From Daphnia carinata (lineage: Eukaryota): a DNA stretch of 64,000 nt. Location: contig NC_081332.1 in NCBI RefSeq assembly GCF_022539665.2, positions 7,130,001-7,194,000 on the forward strand. The letters are read 5' to 3'. Below the pieces are notes generated by a model. It was not told where the DNA came from. It saw nothing but the letters and a program-made list of their open reading frames with translations, and did not search any database. This document shows, one piece after another, positions 62,259-64,000 of the stretch. The position numbers and the translations under genes were made by a program. How positions within the stretch are numbered: position 1 is the first letter of the stretch; every line of letters starts with the position of its first letter.

Positions 62259-63735
62259 TTTTGCCTTTACGCACGGATGTGATATGTAGAGAGAGAGCAA
62301 AAAAAGTGAAAAGACGTTTTGTGTGATGAGAGACGATTGTATTGTTGAGTGCGTCGCCACACGCACTCTTCAAGACATTGACAAAAAAAGATCACAAATT
62401 AGATTCGGAGACTTTACGTTGGTGTGACACACGTGCTGTCGTAACAGGTGAGCGATTGATCGCGGTCGTAGGTAGATGCGTCCTTCGTTACCGATTTCCC
62501 TAACGCCTCTCCAGACGCTGCCAGGTTGGAAATTTCGGGGTCTGCGAAATTGGCCGTCTTTGCTGCCACGAGGTTGCCAACAGCGCCGGCCCTGCGATTT
62601 ACTTGGTTGGTGGCATCTTCTCTGATACGAACATACTCGGTTAAGAGTAACTCGTGAACTGGACGATGGCGTTCGGTCCCGTTGGTTTGAAAGCGGGCAG
62701 AGCGGACCATCCCATCCTTACCGGCGAATTCTTGAATGATTCAACCGGTTGGCCAAACACCGCGGGGGGGTTGATGGGTTTATGAGAACGGCGATATCAA
62801 CGACTTCGAGGTTCGGTTTTTTTTGGTGCCGTTTTTCGCGTTCGGTTACACTGGGCACTATCTCCCTCATCCACTGTTGCTAAAATTTGTCTCTGAGGGC
62901 CTGTGAAATGCGCCACCTTTCCTTGGCAGTTAAATCCATTTCGTTGAAGACGTCAGGTGGGGTGTTTGGGTTCGCGCGACCTAGGAGAAGATGGTTGGGT
63001 GTAAGGCTCTCTGGGTCTGAAGGATCGTCGCTAACCGTGGTGAGTTTTCAACTGTTGTGGAAATTTTCGATGTGCGTTAAAGCGGTGATGAGAATCTCGT
63101 CGGTGAGCCGTTGCTTGCCTAAAACGGATCGCAACGCGATCTTTGCAGAGCGAACCATGCGTTCCCAAGCGCCACCAAAATGAGGAGAGGCTGGCGGATT
63201 GAAATACCATTTGGTTGGTTGGCGGCCTAGATGGTTAAGGATGGCATGTTGGTTTAGGCTTTGAAGGCATTCTGCTTGCTCCCGTTCGACGCCGACGAAG
63301 CTGGTTCCGTTGTCGCTATGGAATGACGCGGTAACGCCACGACGGTTTTGGAAACGATCCAATGCTGAAATGAAAGAACTGGTATCTAATGAATATGCCA
63401 TCTCCAGATGGACGCAGTGGGTCGTCAGGCAGGTGAAGAGACAGCCCGAGCGTTTTACAACTCGACGAAAGATGGTGACGTCGAATGGGCCGAAATAATC
63501 CACGCTGGTGTGGGTGAATGCTGGGTAATTGATTTTTAGACGGAAAATAGGTAGATCGGCAATTTTTGGCTTCAGACCTTTGGCACCCTTTCTCTTGCAA
63601 GGATGGCATGTTCGGAGTACCCGTTGCGCGGTGAGCCTGCCCTTTGGAATGCAATATTGGCCTCTAGCTTCGTGATGTAGCTGTTCAGTGGACAAGTGGG
63701 CTCCATCGCGGTGCATTTGTGAGAGAATTAACTCC
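62259..63735 (-). mobile_element. BEL/Pao integrase fragment (BEL-3) flanked by satellite
   Basis: HHCC domain, TSVDYFGPF, SDNGTSF, PPASPHFGGAWERMV, LTPNHLLLGR, RPV. Confidence 0.9.
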
Positions 63736-63975
63736 CACACTATATTCACATTCAATACACATATATTTGATACTGTTTTAATGTAGATATTGAATTTCAC
63801 TATTTCACACTATATTCACATTGAATACAAATCTATTTAAAACTGTTGAAATGTAGATAACGAAACTGATTCTATAACACTATACTTATATTGAATACAC
63901 ATACATTTGATGCTGTTTGAATGTCGATCATTAAACCGATTGTATCACACTATATTCACATTGAATACACGTATA
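63736..63975 (-). repeat. 70-bp satellite, reverse orientation
   Basis: Same monomer, diverged. Confidence 0.92.
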
Positions 63976-64000
63976 CAGTACCTGCCGAAAGTTTCCGGAC
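63976..64000 (+). mobile_element. Possible start of a Tc1/mariner TIR at the window edge
   Basis: TA|CAGTACCTGCCGAAAGTTTCCGGAC: a TA target followed by a CAGT...AAAGTTT Tc1-like terminus. Only 25 nt are visible. Confidence 0.45.

Overview
Eukaryotic heterochromatin-like DNA, probably arthropod; ~60-nt GT-AG introns and the TE families suggest a Daphnia-like crustacean (inference). No intact host gene is present. A 70-bp tandem satellite forms the matrix: forward at 1-11.7 kb, reverse-complemented after 39.7 kb. Inserted into it is a dense, partly nested set of elements: two Copia, three BEL/Pao, three Gypsy plus one env-tail/LTR remnant, a hAT remnant, a MITE and Mutator-like DNA elements. 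Three target-site duplications (ATGAG, GTCGT, TAAG) resolve much of the nesting order. The most notable observations are: (1) a both-LTR Gypsy provirus (27191-38919) with a spliced-looking env resembling class III viral fusogens, an accessory ORF and an antisense tRNA-like element; (2) a second, unrelated baculovirus-F/errantivirus-type env about 11 kb away; (3) a Copia whose gag frame is restored by removing a 61-nt GT-AG intron; (4) a ~7.4-kb fold-back DNA element carrying an intron-containing Akt/PKB gene in two divergent copies, one shuffled into a PH-domain chimera; (5) a BEL element with a second Gag-type zinc-knuckle ORF before its 3' LTR; (6) perfect RFX X-boxes in a BEL LTR. All family calls rest on motif recognition by eye; no database search was run.
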